A stretch of DNA of 64,000 bases from Candidatus Eiseniibacteriota bacterium (GTDB lineage Bacteria; Eisenbacteria; RBG-16-71-46; CAZAMP01), in NCBI GenBank assembly GCA_965224245.1, contig OZ245046.1, positions 1,216,001 through 1,280,000 of the forward strand, given 5' to 3'. The notes beneath the pieces are model-generated. The model searched no databases and was not told the DNA's origin. It saw nothing but the letters and a program-made list of their open reading frames with translations. The position numbers were made by a program, and so were the translations under genes. Shown here piece after piece: positions 38,849-48,866 of this stretch (its first letter is position 1; every line of letters begins with the position of its first letter).

Positions 38849-40081
38849 GTGTCCGAGATCCGCCCGTTTCGCGGACTGCGCCCGCGTCCCGACCTCGCAC
38901 GGGAGGTGGCGTCCCCGCCCTACGACGTCCTGAGCGCGTCCGAGGCCCGTGCGATGGCCGCGGACAACCCGAACTCGTTCCTGCGTGTGAACAAGGCGGA
39001 GCTGGAGTTCCCCGAGGGGGCCGACCCGCACGCCGACGAGGTGTACGCCCGGGCCAAGGCGAACCTCGAGCGTCTCGAGTCGAGCGGCGTGATGAAGCGC
39101 GATTCGACGCCGTGCCTGTACGTGTATCGGTTGACGATGTCCGGCCGGAGCCAGACCGGTCTCGTCACGCTGACCTCGGTCGACGAGTACGATCGCGGCC
39201 TCATCAAGAAGCACGAGCACACGCGGCCGAACAAGGTCGCCGATCGCGCACAGCACATCCTCACGCTCGACGCTCAGGTCGGGCCCGTCTTCTCGACGTT
39301 CCGCACCACCGAGGCCATCCGATCGGCCTTCTCGGCGATCACGACCCAGCCGGCCCCGTGCGACTTCACGGCCGACGGCGTGCGACACGAGCTCTGGGTC
39401 GTGGACGGCACCGATCGCATCGACGCGTTCGTGACAGGGTTCGCGGCGCTCGACTGTCTCTACATCGCCGACGGCCATCACCGCAGCGAGGCGGCGTCGG
39501 TGGTCGCGGCGCGCAGTCGCGACGCCGGCCGGCCGGGCGGAGCCCACCAGAGCTTTCTGAACGTACTGTTTCCGCACGACGAGCTCCGGATCCTGCCGTA
39601 CAACCGTGTCGTGCGCGACACGGCCGGGAAGTCCGTGGCCGGCATTCTCGAAGAGGCGTCGGGACGCTTCGAGGTCACGGAGACCGTTCGAGCGGTCTCG
39701 CCCGATACGCTGCACGACTTCGGTCTCTACGCGGCCGGTCGCTGGTATCATCTACGGGCGCGACCGGGAACGTTCGACGCCTCGCATCCGACGAAGTCGA
39801 TCGATGCCGCCGTGCTCGCCGACGGCTTCCTGGAACCGATTCTCGGGATCATCGATCCTCGAACGGACGAGCGCATCGACTTCATCGGCGGCATCCGGGG
39901 CACCAAAGCGCTCGAGCGCGCGGTCGACTCGGGCGAGTACGCGCTGGCGTTCTCGCTGCACCCGACGTCGATCGAGCAGCTGCTCGGCGTCGCGGATGCG
40001 GGCGAGGTGATGCCACCCAAATCGACGTGGTTCGAGCCGAAGCTCCGAAGCGGCATGGTCGTCAACCGACTGTCCGACTGA
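38849..40081 (+). CDS. DUF1015 family protein
   Basis: IRPFRGLR, SPPYDV, IKKHEHT, YIADGHHR, MPPKSTWFEPKLRSG. Confidence 0.92.
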   Translation: MSEIRPFRGLRPRPDLAREVASPPYDVLSASEARAMAADNPNSFLRVNKAELEFPEGADPHADEVYARAKANLERLESSGVMKRDSTPCLYVYRLTMSGRSQTGLVTLTSVDEYDRGLIKKHEHTRPNKVADRAQHILTLDAQVGPVFSTFRTTEAIRSAFSAITTQPAPCDFTADGVRHELWVVDGTDRIDAFVTGFAALDCLYIADGHHRSEAASVVAARSRDAGRPGGAHQSFLNVLFPHDELRILPYNRVVRDTAGKSVAGILEEASGRFEVTETVRAVSPDTLHDFGLYAAGRWYHLRARPGTFDASHPTKSIDAAVLADGFLEPILGIIDPRTDERIDFIGGIRGTKALERAVDSGEYALAFSLHPTSIEQLLGVADAGEVMPPKSTWFEPKLRSGMVVNRLSD

Positions 40082-40100
40082 CCGACAGGGGGCGCTCCGC

Positions 40101-41009
40101 ATGCTGATCCTGATCGCCGACGCCTTCGACGCCTCGCTCCCGAAGCGGCTTGCGCGCTTCGGCGAGGTGACGACCGACTCGAGCCGCCTCGGCGAGGCCG
40201 ACGTCGTGCTGGTACGGAGCAAGACGAAGGTCACCGCCGAGTACGTCGCAGGTGCTCCGAGGCTTCGCCTCGTGATCCGCGGCGGCGTCGGTCTGGACAA
40301 CATCGACGTCGAGCACGCCGAGTCGAGGGGCATCGTCGTTCACAACACCGCCGATGCGTCGACGATCGCCGTGGCGGAGCTCGCGTTCGCGCTGATGATC
40401 GCGCTACCCAACCACCTCGTTCGGGCCGATGAGTCCATGCGCGCGGGCCGGTGGATCAAGAGCGAGCTCACGCGAACCGAGCTGTACGGCAAGACGCTGG
40501 GCGTGGCCGGCATGGGTCGGATCGGAACCGCCGTGGCCGAGCGCGCCCGTGCCTTCGGGATGTCCGTGCTGGGTCTCGACCTCCGTCACGCGCGCGCGTC
40601 CGACGCGGCGCTGCGTGACCGACTCTGGGAACACCTCGGCCGCTGCGACTACGTCACGCTGTCGTTCCCGCATCGCGAGGAGAACGCGGGCCTCGTCGAT
40701 GCATCGCTCCTGGCACGGATGAGGCCGGGCGCCTACCTGATCAACACCGGCCGGGCCGAGTGTGTGAACGAGGCCGACGTGGCCGACGCCCTGGCGTCGG
40801 AACGCCTCGCCGGCTTCGCGACGGACGTGTGGCTCACCGACCCACCCGACGGGTCGCCGCTCATCGGAGCCCCCAACTGTCTGCTGACGCCGCACATCGG
40901 GGCGTCGACGCACGAGAACATGACGCGCATCGGCGACGTCGTCGAGCGCATACTCGAAGACTTCGACGGCGGAAACGCCGAGAGTTCCTTTCCCCAACAG
41001 ACGCAGTGA
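40101..41009 (+). CDS. serA: D-3-phosphoglycerate dehydrogenase (short form, no ACT domain)
   Basis: VRSKTKV, RGGVGLDNID, AVAELA, GMGRIG, INTGR, TPHIGAST; adjacent to serC. Confidence 0.82.
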   Translation: MLILIADAFDASLPKRLARFGEVTTDSSRLGEADVVLVRSKTKVTAEYVAGAPRLRLVIRGGVGLDNIDVEHAESRGIVVHNTADASTIAVAELAFALMIALPNHLVRADESMRAGRWIKSELTRTELYGKTLGVAGMGRIGTAVAERARAFGMSVLGLDLRHARASDAALRDRLWEHLGRCDYVTLSFPHREENAGLVDASLLARMRPGAYLINTGRAECVNEADVADALASERLAGFATDVWLTDPPDGSPLIGAPNCLLTPHIGASTHENMTRIGDVVERILEDFDGGNAESSFPQQTQ

Positions 41010-41019
41010 GGACGTAGCC

Positions 41020-42105
41020 ATGGCCGAGCGAATTCACAACTTCAATGCCGGGCCTTCCACGCTACCGCTGCCGGTGCTCGAGACCGTCCAGCGCGATCTC
41101 CTCGACTACGACGGCACGGGCATGTCGGTCATGGAGATCTCGCACCGATCCAAGCCGTACGAGGCGATCAACGCCAACGCGGAGGCGCGGGCCAGGGAGC
41201 TTCTGGGGCTGGACGACCGGTTCAGCGTGGTCTTCGTCGGAGGGGGCGCGTCGACGCAGTTCGCGCTCGTGCCGATGAACTTCCTGGGCGACGGGGCGAC
41301 CGGCGCGTACGTGGACACCGGATCCTGGTCGTCCAAGGCGATCAAGGAGGCGCATCGCTTCGGAGAGGCCGCCGTGATCGCGTCGTCCAAGGACGACGCC
41401 TACTCGTTCATCCCCGCGTTCGGTCCCTCGGACGTGCCCGACGGGGCCGCGTATGTGCATCTCACGTCGAACAACACGATCTACGGAACCCAGTACCAGT
41501 CGTTTCCCGACGTGGGGGACGTGCCGCTGGTGTGCGACATGTCCTCGGACATCTGCTCACGCCGCCACGATTTCTCGAGGTTCTCGCTGATCTACGCGGG
41601 TGCTCAGAAGAACCTCGGCCCGGCCGGCGTGACGATGGTCGTGATCCGGGACGACTTCCTCGCCCGAGCGAAGGGCGACCTGCCCACGATGTTCAGGTAT
41701 CAGACGCACGTCGACGCCCACTCGCTCTACAACACGCCGCCGGCCTTCGCCGTCTACGTGACGTCGCTGGTCATGGACTGGATCGTGGCCGAGGGCGGCC
41801 TAGATGCCATCGAGAAGCGGAACCGCGCGAAGAAGAACGCCATATACGGGGTAGTGGACGAGCACGCGGACTTCTACCGGGGCACCGTCCGCGCGGACAG
41901 CCGGAGCTGGATGAACCTGACTTTCCGGCTGCCCAGCGAGGATCTCGAGAAGACCTTCATCGCCGAGGCCGCGAGCCGGGGGATGGGCGGGCTGAAAGGG
42001 CACCGGAGCGTCGGAGGCGTGCGTGTCTCACTGTACAATGCCATGACCGAGATCGGTGTGGAGACGCTGGTCCAGTTCATGCGGGACTTCCGGTCCCAGC
42101 ACTGA
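41020..42105 (+). CDS. serC: Phosphoserine aminotransferase
   Basis: NFNAGPS, MEISHRS, GGASTQF, NNTIYG, DMSSD, AGAQKNLGPAG, YNTPP, KGHRSVGG. Confidence 0.97.
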   Translation: MAERIHNFNAGPSTLPLPVLETVQRDLLDYDGTGMSVMEISHRSKPYEAINANAEARARELLGLDDRFSVVFVGGGASTQFALVPMNFLGDGATGAYVDTGSWSSKAIKEAHRFGEAAVIASSKDDAYSFIPAFGPSDVPDGAAYVHLTSNNTIYGTQYQSFPDVGDVPLVCDMSSDICSRRHDFSRFSLIYAGAQKNLGPAGVTMVVIRDDFLARAKGDLPTMFRYQTHVDAHSLYNTPPAFAVYVTSLVMDWIVAEGGLDAIEKRNRAKKNAIYGVVDEHADFYRGTVRADSRSWMNLTFRLPSEDLEKTFIAEAASRGMGGLKGHRSVGGVRVSLYNAMTEIGVETLVQFMRDFRSQH

Positions 42106-42136
42106 GTCGATCGACGAGGCCGTGGGGAGTGTTCGT

Positions 42137-43687
42137 GTGAGCCTCTTGAGGTTGTTCGACGCAAACTACCATCGCCGTGCCCTGAGAACGACGCTACGTT
42201 CGCGCCTCGGGGCCCGGATCGACGACCTCCCTCACTCGTTCGACACCACCGGACTTCTCGAGGTGGCCGCGACGGAGACCCGGCGTGACGGCGCGCGGCG
42301 TTCGGACACGCTCGACCTGATCGAGCGGACGGGCATCGTCATGGGCCTCGCCGATCGGGATCGGGACGCGCTGACGATGTTCGAGCGCGGTCTCGTCTCC
42401 TCGGACGGCCCGGCGCGTCAGGCTCGATTCCGGTACCTGCTGGCGGTCCAGCACCACCATCGGCGGGGCCACGTCCGCCTGGCTCTGGACGAGCTGATGC
42501 GTGCGAGTGATCTGGCGGGAGGCCACCGTCCGCTTCGCGGGGAGATTCTCCTGGCACTGGTCAGAGCGGCCCGAGAGCTCGGTGATCACGGCCGCGCCGA
42601 GTGGGCGCTCGCCGACCTTCGCCAGCGTCCGATCAAGCGGCTCGTACCGCACGTGCACCTCGCGGCGGCGTCACTCCGTATGGCCCAGGCGCGCGGTGGA
42701 GACGCCAGACGAGAGGCATCGCGGGCCGAGCGCGAGTTCGCGGCGCGCGGCGAAGACCTCGGCGTCCTCACCGCCCGCGCCAGCCAGGCAACCATCCTGC
42801 TGGCGGAGGGGCGGGACGCCGATGCCCGCCGGGTGATCGAGGCCGTCATCGCCGAACGCGAGCGATCGTACGATCTGACCCGGCTGCCCAAGAGCTACAA
42901 CAACCTCGCGGTCGCGTGCCGTCGTCTCGGGGATCCCGAGTCCGCGATCGAGGCGCTGGCCAAGGCGATCCGCACGAATCAGGCCCTCGGACGCTCACGC
43001 CTCCTGTCTGCCAACTATCACAACCTCGGGCGTGCGATGGCCGATGCCGGGGATGCCGAGGCGGCCCTTCGCGCGCTGGGCAAGGCCATGTCGCTCGCGA
43101 AGGAGACCCGAGCCGCGGAGCGGGAGTTCGACGCCATCATCGATGCGCTCGACATTCTGGAACGGCTGGGAGGGGAGGAGGGCAACGGGGCCCGGCTGCG
43201 GACTTCCGACGGGGCCGGCGCGCGCGCCGAGCTCGTGGCCCGGGGGCGGGCGCTCGTGGAGGAGGCGGGGCATCACCTGTCGAAGGACGGCCTCCTGGCG
43301 TTCGTTCGCGCCGCGCTGCCGGCGGTTCCCCTGCCCGATGAGCACCCGATGGGGGTGTCGGCGTTCGACGCGCTCGGCGCCGGAGCGGCCGATCGTCTCG
43401 ACGCCGTCCTGACGCGAGTCCGCCCGGTGATCGGGCGCGACGACCTGGTCCGGCGGCTGTCCAGGACGTTTCGCTATCGCGGAGCACCGCGGTCCGAGGT
43501 GCTGGGTCGCTTCCTGTGGCTCTTCACCGGCGACTGGCTCCGCAACGTCGACTATGCGTCCGAGTTCGCGTTCACGCACGACGTCTCGAAACGACAGCTG
43601 CGCGCGCTGTGCCACGACGGCGTGCTGGAGATGCTCGGAACGCGCAAGACCGCACGGTACCGGCTGACGCTCGGTGCCGAGCGCTGA
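42137..43687 (+). CDS. Tetratricopeptide-repeat protein with probable C-terminal winged-helix
   Basis: SYNNLAVAC and NYHNLGRAM TPR motifs; C-terminal SKRQLRALCHDGVLEMLGTRKTARY resembles an HTH plus wing; start uncertain. Confidence 0.7.
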   Translation: MSLLRLFDANYHRRALRTTLRSRLGARIDDLPHSFDTTGLLEVAATETRRDGARRSDTLDLIERTGIVMGLADRDRDALTMFERGLVSSDGPARQARFRYLLAVQHHHRRGHVRLALDELMRASDLAGGHRPLRGEILLALVRAARELGDHGRAEWALADLRQRPIKRLVPHVHLAAASLRMAQARGGDARREASRAEREFAARGEDLGVLTARASQATILLAEGRDADARRVIEAVIAERERSYDLTRLPKSYNNLAVACRRLGDPESAIEALAKAIRTNQALGRSRLLSANYHNLGRAMADAGDAEAALRALGKAMSLAKETRAAEREFDAIIDALDILERLGGEEGNGARLRTSDGAGARAELVARGRALVEEAGHHLSKDGLLAFVRAALPAVPLPDEHPMGVSAFDALGAGAADRLDAVLTRVRPVIGRDDLVRRLSRTFRYRGAPRSEVLGRFLWLFTGDWLRNVDYASEFAFTHDVSKRQLRALCHDGVLEMLGTRKTARYRLTLGAER

Positions 43688-43707
43688 CGGACGCCCGCCG
43701 CTCGCGA

Positions 43708-44043
43708 CTACTTGTCCTTCGGCTCGATCACGTCGCCGCAGCCGTTGTCGCCGTACATCACGCGCGCCGGGCCGTGGATGCGGACGGCGATCCCCGATCG
43801 CGTCTCCAGAGGGGCCATGGCGATCCACTCGCGACCGTCGTAGACGTCGACCTTCGCGTCGCACGAGATGCGACTGGCGGTCAGGCTGACCGTGACCGGC
43901 TCGTGCGTTCCCCGCTGGTAGAACCGGTGCACCGACCAGGGGCGCTCGATCGACTCCACTCGATCGATGTCGGGACACGCCGCCCCGACGGCGGTGGCGA
44001 ACGAGCAGACGGCGGCGAACGTCCACAGAAGCATGAGTCGCAT
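43708..44043 (-). CDS. Small secreted hypothetical protein
   Basis: MRLMLLWTFAAVCSFATAVGAAC signal-like N-terminus; GGAG RBS upstream. Confidence 0.6.
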   Translation of the reverse strand: MRLMLLWTFAAVCSFATAVGAACPDIDRVESIERPWSVHRFYQRGTHEPVTVSLTASRISCDAKVDVYDGREWIAMAPLETRSGIAVRIHGPARVMYGDNGCGDVIEPKDK

Positions 44044-44275
44044 CGGGTCGCTCCGTCGTGGCAGAAGAGGTCTTCGAATGTGCATCGAACCGGAGTGTAT
44101 CGACTTACACCGTTCGAACACAAGAGGCGTCGGGCTCCATTGCCGTCGGTGACCGATCTCGGCGCCGTTCGATCGTTCGGCCGGCCGCCATGGCTGGAAC
44201 CTCTCGGCTGTGGTAGCGTGCAACTCTCGACACCAGACCGTCACCCACGAGGATCAGACCGAGGAGACCGACCAC

Positions 44276-44497
44276 GTGCGGTTCTTGCTGGCCCTGTTGA
44301 TGTTTGCGCTGTTCTGGCCCCTCGTGAGAGGCCTCGGCCGCCTGCTCGGCGCCGGGGGATCCACCGGGTCGCGGTCGAAGCGGTCGGAGGCGGATCCCGA
44401 CGACGCGAGCGCGCCGAATCGGAGCCCGCGAACCCGACGGAACGACAGGAAGGCCCGCCCCGACGTCATCGACGTCACGTACGAGGACGTCCCCTGA
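44276..44497 (+). CDS. Small single-pass membrane protein
   Basis: GAGGAG RBS plus GTG; N-terminal TM, polar linker, C-terminal VIDVTYEDV. Confidence 0.65.
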   Translation: MRFLLALLMFALFWPLVRGLGRLLGAGGSTGSRSKRSEADPDDASAPNRSPRTRRNDRKARPDVIDVTYEDVP

Positions 44498-44570
44498 TGC
44501 GTCGCCCCGGCCCGTCCCCGGCACGCCGACGGGGGGCCGTCGCCGTCTCCCGGGCATGCTCCCGGCAGGC

Positions 44571-44600
44571 TTGACCCCTCGATCCTGCCGGTGCTACGGT
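44571..44600 (+). promoter_or_regulatory. Putative promoter of the rib operon
   Basis: TTGACC-18 bp-TACGGT with TG extension immediately upstream of the riboswitch. Confidence 0.45.
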
Positions 44601-44614
44601 GCTTAGCTGTTCAT

Positions 44615-44747
44615 ACTCCTTCGGGGCGGGGTGAAAGTCCCCACCGGCGGTCACAGCCCGCGACCCGCTCGCGCCATCAACAACGCGCCGGCGGCTGACA
44701 CGGTGAAACTCCGTGGCCGACAGTCACAGTCTGGATGGGAGAAGGAG
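44615..44747 (+). ncRNA. FMN riboswitch (RFN element)
   Basis: CTTCGGGGCGGGGTGAAAGTCCCCACCGGCGGT..AGCCCGCGA..GCTGACACGGTGAAACTCCGTGGCCGACAGTCACAGTCTGGATGGGAGAAGG consensus directly upstream of ribD. Confidence 0.96.
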
Positions 44748-44867
44748 CGATCACGGCCCCCCGCCGGGCTGGCGGGTGCCGTGCGTCGGATTCCGCCCCG
44801 GAGTTGATTTCAATTCGCGGGGCATTCTCATGTGTGCGCCGCGGCTTCCGACACCGGCGGACGCGAG

Positions 44868-45749
44868 ATGGCGGACCGACGCACGATCACTTCCCCCGAT
44901 CCCACGGACGCGGCGTACATGCGGCGCGCGCTCGAGCTGGCGAGGCGAGGGCTCGGACGGGTTCACCCCAACCCGATGGTCGGGGCCGTCGTGGTGCGCG
45001 ACGGCGTGATCGTCGGCGAGGGACACCACGCCGCCCGCGGACAGGCTCACGCCGAGCCGGTTGCGCTGAGGACGGCCGGCGAGGCCGCTCACGACGCGAC
45101 GCTCTACGTCACGCTCGAGCCGTGCAGTCACGTCGGACTGACGCCCCCGTGCGTCGAGGCCGTCATCGCGGCCGGGGTCACCCGGGTCGTCTGTGGCTCG
45201 ATCGACCCCGACCCGCGCGTATCCGGCCGAGGCGTCGAGCGCCTGCGGGCGGCCGGCGTGCGAGTCGACGTCGGCGTCCTGGAGACCGAGTGTCGGGCCC
45301 TGAACGAGCCGTTCTTCCACCACGCCGACACCGGTCGGCCGCTGGTGACGGTCAAGCTCGCCGGCACCCTCGACGGCAAGATCGCCGACCGCGACGGATC
45401 CTCCAGGTGGATCACGTCGCTCGACGCGCGGCGGCGCGTGCACGCGCTCCGGGCCGAGGTCGATGCCGTCGTCGTGGGCCGCGTGACCGCCGAGCAGGAT
45501 GATCCGGCCCTCACGGTGCGACACGTCGAGGGCCGCAGCCCCGCGAGAGTCGTGGTGGATACCCGTGGTCGCGTGTCGGCCGATCTCGCCGTCTTCACCG
45601 ACGGCGCGGCGGTGACGATCCACGCCACCGGGCCGGCTCCGGAGGCCCCGATCTCGCCGCACTGGGCCCTGCCGCTGGACGCACGCGGCCGGGTCAGCCT
45701 GCCCGCGCTCCTGGACCGGGTGTCATCGAGGGGTGGCGACACGTCCTGA
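44868..45749 (+). CDS. ribD: Bifunctional riboflavin deaminase/reductase, N-terminal part (frameshift near 45730)
   Basis: PNPMVGAV, HAE, TLEPCSH..TPPC, KLAGTLDGKIA, SRWIT, DDPALT; stops just before the conserved LIEGG motif. Confidence 0.92.
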   Translation: MADRRTITSPDPTDAAYMRRALELARRGLGRVHPNPMVGAVVVRDGVIVGEGHHAARGQAHAEPVALRTAGEAAHDATLYVTLEPCSHVGLTPPCVEAVIAAGVTRVVCGSIDPDPRVSGRGVERLRAAGVRVDVGVLETECRALNEPFFHHADTGRPLVTVKLAGTLDGKIADRDGSSRWITSLDARRRVHALRAEVDAVVVGRVTAEQDDPALTVRHVEGRSPARVVVDTRGRVSADLAVFTDGAAVTIHATGPAPEAPISPHWALPLDARGRVSLPALLDRVSSRGGDTS

Positions 45750-46045
45750 TCGAGGGCGGGGCCGCGCTGGTCGAGAGCGCCTTCGCCGAGGACCTCGTGG
45801 ATCGCCTGTGGCTGTTCACCGCGCCTCGGCTGCTCGGCGATCGGGACGCCGTGTCCTGGCACCCGATGCTGGGGGCGTCAACGCTCGAGAATGCACGGGC
45901 GTTTCGCTGTCGGAGGACCGAGACGGTCGGTCCGGACGTGCTGACGGTGCTGGAACGCGTGCGAGCGCCCCGGAGCGGGGCGGGAGCGAGCCCCGTGGGA
46001 ACCACCGAGCGGGGCGAGGAGTCGACGACGTGTTCACCGGCATAG
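45728..46045 (+). pseudogene. ribD: C-terminal remainder of ribD in the -1 frame
   Basis: Reads EGWRHVLIEGGAALVESAFAEDLVDRLWLFTAPRLLG; one extra G in GGGG (45730-45733) would join it to the upstream frame. Confidence 0.85.
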
Positions 46046-46683
46046 TGGAGTCGATCGGGCGTATCGCCGGCCTTCGCGTGAGCGGCGACGGCGTGGACCT
46101 CGACATCGAGGCGCCAGACATCGCGCCGGCGCTCGTCGTCGGGCAGTCGGTCGCGACCGCCGGCGTGTGCCTGACGGTCACGCAGGCCGACCGCCGCACG
46201 TTCTCGGTCACCGCGGTTGCGGAGACGATGCGGCGGACCGTGCTCGGCGACCGGACGGTCGGTGATCGCGTGAACCTCGAGCGGAGCCTCCGGGCCGGCG
46301 ATCGGCTCGACGGTCATCTCGTGCAGGGGCACGTGGACGGCGTCGGCGTGGTCACGCGCGTGGTGCCGGCATCCCCGGGGCGCGAGCTCGTCGTCACGCA
46401 CGATGCCGAGCTGTCGCGGTTCATCGCGTTCAAGGGTTCGATCACGATCGACGGCGTGAGCCTGACGGTGGCCGCGCTCGAGGACGAGTCGTTTCGCGTC
46501 GCGCTCGTGCCGCACACGCTGGCGGTCACGACGCTGGGCGCATTGGAAGTGGGTGGTCGGGTCAATCTCGAAGTTGACGTGCTCGCCCGTTATCTCGAGA
46601 GGCTGATCTCGAAAACGAGGTGCTCTGTTGGAGAATCTGGTGACGCTCGACGAGGCCGCACAGAAGCGGCGGAACGGTACTGA
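46030..46683 (+). CDS. ribE: Riboflavin synthase
   Basis: GTG start MFTGIVE; GVCLTV, VNLERSL, GHLVQGHVDG, KGSITIDGVSLTV, VNLEVD. Confidence 0.96.
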   Translation: MFTGIVESIGRIAGLRVSGDGVDLDIEAPDIAPALVVGQSVATAGVCLTVTQADRRTFSVTAVAETMRRTVLGDRTVGDRVNLERSLRAGDRLDGHLVQGHVDGVGVVTRVVPASPGRELVVTHDAELSRFIAFKGSITIDGVSLTVAALEDESFRVALVPHTLAVTTLGALEVGGRVNLEVDVLARYLERLISKTRCSVGESGDARRGRTEAAERY

Positions 46684-46684
46684 C

Positions 46685-47947
46685 ATGCTGGACTCCGAGA
46701 AGGACACCGATTTCATCTCGGTCGAGGAAGCCCTCGAGGAGATCCGTCAGGGCCGCGTCCTGATCGTCGTCGACGACGAGGATCGCGAGAACGAGGGGGA
46801 CATGATCTTCGCGGCGGAGAAGGTCACGCCCGAGGTCATCAACCTGCTCGCGACAGAGGCGCGCGGCCTCATCTGCGTGCCCATGGCACAGAGCCGCCTG
46901 CGCGAGCTCGAGCTCGGCCCGATGGTCACGTCCAACACCGCGATGATGCAGACGGGCTTCACGGTCTCGGTGGACTACATCCACGGGACGACGACCGGCA
47001 TCTCGGCCGAGGATCGCTACGCGACCGTGAAGGCGCTGGTGGACCCCAAGACGCGCCCGCAGGACCTGGCACGGCCGGGCCACGTGTTCCCGCTCATCGC
47101 ACGCGACGGCGGTGTGTTGCGTCGACCCGGACACACCGAGGCCGCGGTGGACCTCGCGCGGCTCGCCGGACTCAAGCCCGCGGGCGTGCTGTGCGAGGTC
47201 ATGACCGAGGACGGGGAGATGGCGCGCGGAGACGACCTCAAGCGCATCGCGAAGCGGCTCGGTCTGAAGATGTTCACCATCAACGACCTCATCACGTACC
47301 GGCTGCGCACCGAGACCCACGTCCGGCGCGAGCTGGAGACGCCGTTGCCGACCGCCCACGGCGAGTTCCGCCTCCACCTGTTCCAGAACTCGATCACCGG
47401 CGATCACTTCGTGGCGCTCACGGTGGGCGACGTCACCGGGGGCGAGCCGGTCCTCACGCGCATTCACTCGCAGTGTCTGACCGGCGACGTGTTCTCGTCG
47501 CTGCGCTGCGATTGCGGGCACCAGATGGACGTGTCCATGCGCCGGCTGCAGGAGGCCGGTCGGGGCGTTCTCGTGTATCTTCCCCAGGAGGGCCGGGGTG
47601 TCGGGCTCGCGAACAAGCTCCGGGCCTACCGGCTCCAGGACTCGGGCATGGACACCGTGGAGGCGAACCTCGAACTCGGGCTGGCGGCCGACGAGCGGGA
47701 GTACAGCATGGGCGCGCAGGTGTTGCGTGATCTCGGCGTCTCGGAGGTGAAGCTCCTGACCAACAACCCGGACAAGCAGCAGGGTCTGGAGCGCTGCGGA
47801 ATCCGGGTCGCCGAGCGACTCTCGCTCGAGATCGCGCCGAACGACGCCAACGTACGATACCTGGCCGCCAAGCGGGACAAACTCGGACACCTGTTGACGC
47901 TGGTCGCCGATCAGGCCAAGGCCGCGGCGGCGGAGGGACGATCCTGA
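46685..47947 (+). CDS. ribBA: Bifunctional DHBP synthase / GTP cyclohydrolase II
   Basis: DDEDRENEGD, TTGISAEDR, RPGHVFPL, GHTEAAVDL, RIHSQCLTGD..RCDCG, QEGRGVGL, LTNNPDK. Confidence 0.97.
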   Translation: MLDSEKDTDFISVEEALEEIRQGRVLIVVDDEDRENEGDMIFAAEKVTPEVINLLATEARGLICVPMAQSRLRELELGPMVTSNTAMMQTGFTVSVDYIHGTTTGISAEDRYATVKALVDPKTRPQDLARPGHVFPLIARDGGVLRRPGHTEAAVDLARLAGLKPAGVLCEVMTEDGEMARGDDLKRIAKRLGLKMFTINDLITYRLRTETHVRRELETPLPTAHGEFRLHLFQNSITGDHFVALTVGDVTGGEPVLTRIHSQCLTGDVFSSLRCDCGHQMDVSMRRLQEAGRGVLVYLPQEGRGVGLANKLRAYRLQDSGMDTVEANLELGLAADEREYSMGAQVLRDLGVSEVKLLTNNPDKQQGLERCGIRVAERLSLEIAPNDANVRYLAAKRDKLGHLLTLVADQAKAAAAEGRS

Positions 47948-48432
47948 TGGTCAGGACGATCGAGGGCGCGCTCGACGCGTCCGGCAAGCGCTTTGCCATC
48001 GTGGCCGGGCGCTTCAACAGACCGCTCACCGAGCGACTGGTCGCGGGCGCCATCGAGTGCCTGGAGCGCCACGGCTGCGAGAGCGACGACGTCACCGTCT
48101 ACTGGGTTCCCGGGTCGTTCGAGCTGCCGCAGCTCGTCGACCGTCTCGCCGGCGACGGGCGCCTGGACGCGGTTCTCGCGCTGGGCGTACTGATCCGGGG
48201 CGAGACGCCGCACTTCGACTTCATCTCGCGCACGATCACCTCGGAGCTCTCGGCGGCCGCCATCCGGCACCGGACCCCGGTCGCCTACGGCGTGATCACC
48301 GCGGACACGATCCAGCAAGCCGACGTGCGCTCGGGGATCAAGACGGCCGGCAAGGGCTGGGAGGCGGCGCTCGCCGCGATCGAGATGTCCAGCCTCGTCC
48401 GGACGGCGGGCATGGATTCGAGCCGAACGTGA
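47947..48432 (+). CDS. ribH: 6,7-dimethyl-8-ribityllumazine synthase
   Basis: RFN, VPGSFELP, LGVLIRGETPHFDFI, GVIT, KGWEAALAAIEM. Confidence 0.96.
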   Translation: MVRTIEGALDASGKRFAIVAGRFNRPLTERLVAGAIECLERHGCESDDVTVYWVPGSFELPQLVDRLAGDGRLDAVLALGVLIRGETPHFDFISRTITSELSAAAIRHRTPVAYGVITADTIQQADVRSGIKTAGKGWEAALAAIEMSSLVRTAGMDSSRT

Positions 48433-48866
48433 CGCCCCGTTCGGCGAGCCGTCGCCGCGGCCGCGAGGTCGTGCTTCGGATCCTGTATCAGTCGGAGCTG
48501 ACCGGCGATCCCCTTCCGGACGTCATCGAGCAGGCCCTCACCGAGCTGGATGTCGACGATCCGGGCCGGGCGTTCGTGCGTGCCCTCGCCGAGGCGGCCG
48601 CTGCCCGATGGGACGAGATCGATGCGATGCTGGAGGCCGTCTCCGACAACTGGCGGCTGGCGCGCATGGGGTCGGTCGATCGCAACGTGCTGCGCATGGC
48701 GGTCGCCGAGCTCCTCGTCTTCGACTCCACCGACGCGCGCGTGGTGCTGGACGAGGCCGTCTCGATCGCCGATCGTTTCGGCACCGACGACTCCGGTCGC
48801 TTCGTCAACGGTCTGCTCGATCGGGTCGCCCGCCGGATTCGAGCCGCCGAGTTCCAGGAGCGCTGA
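48429..48866 (+). CDS. nusB: Transcription antitermination factor NusB
   Basis: RRRGREVVLRILYQ, NWRLARMGSVDRNVLR, VVLDEAV, RFVNGLLD; follows ribH. Confidence 0.94.
   Translation: MTPRSASRRRGREVVLRILYQSELTGDPLPDVIEQALTELDVDDPGRAFVRALAEAAAARWDEIDAMLEAVSDNWRLARMGSVDRNVLRMAVAELLVFDSTDARVVLDEAVSIADRFGTDDSGRFVNGLLDRVARRIRAAEFQER

Noticed and set aside
45733-46029. N-terminal extension of riboflavin synthase
   Set aside because: Riboflavin synthase begins at MFTGIV (46030); upstream bases encode the frameshifted ribD tail
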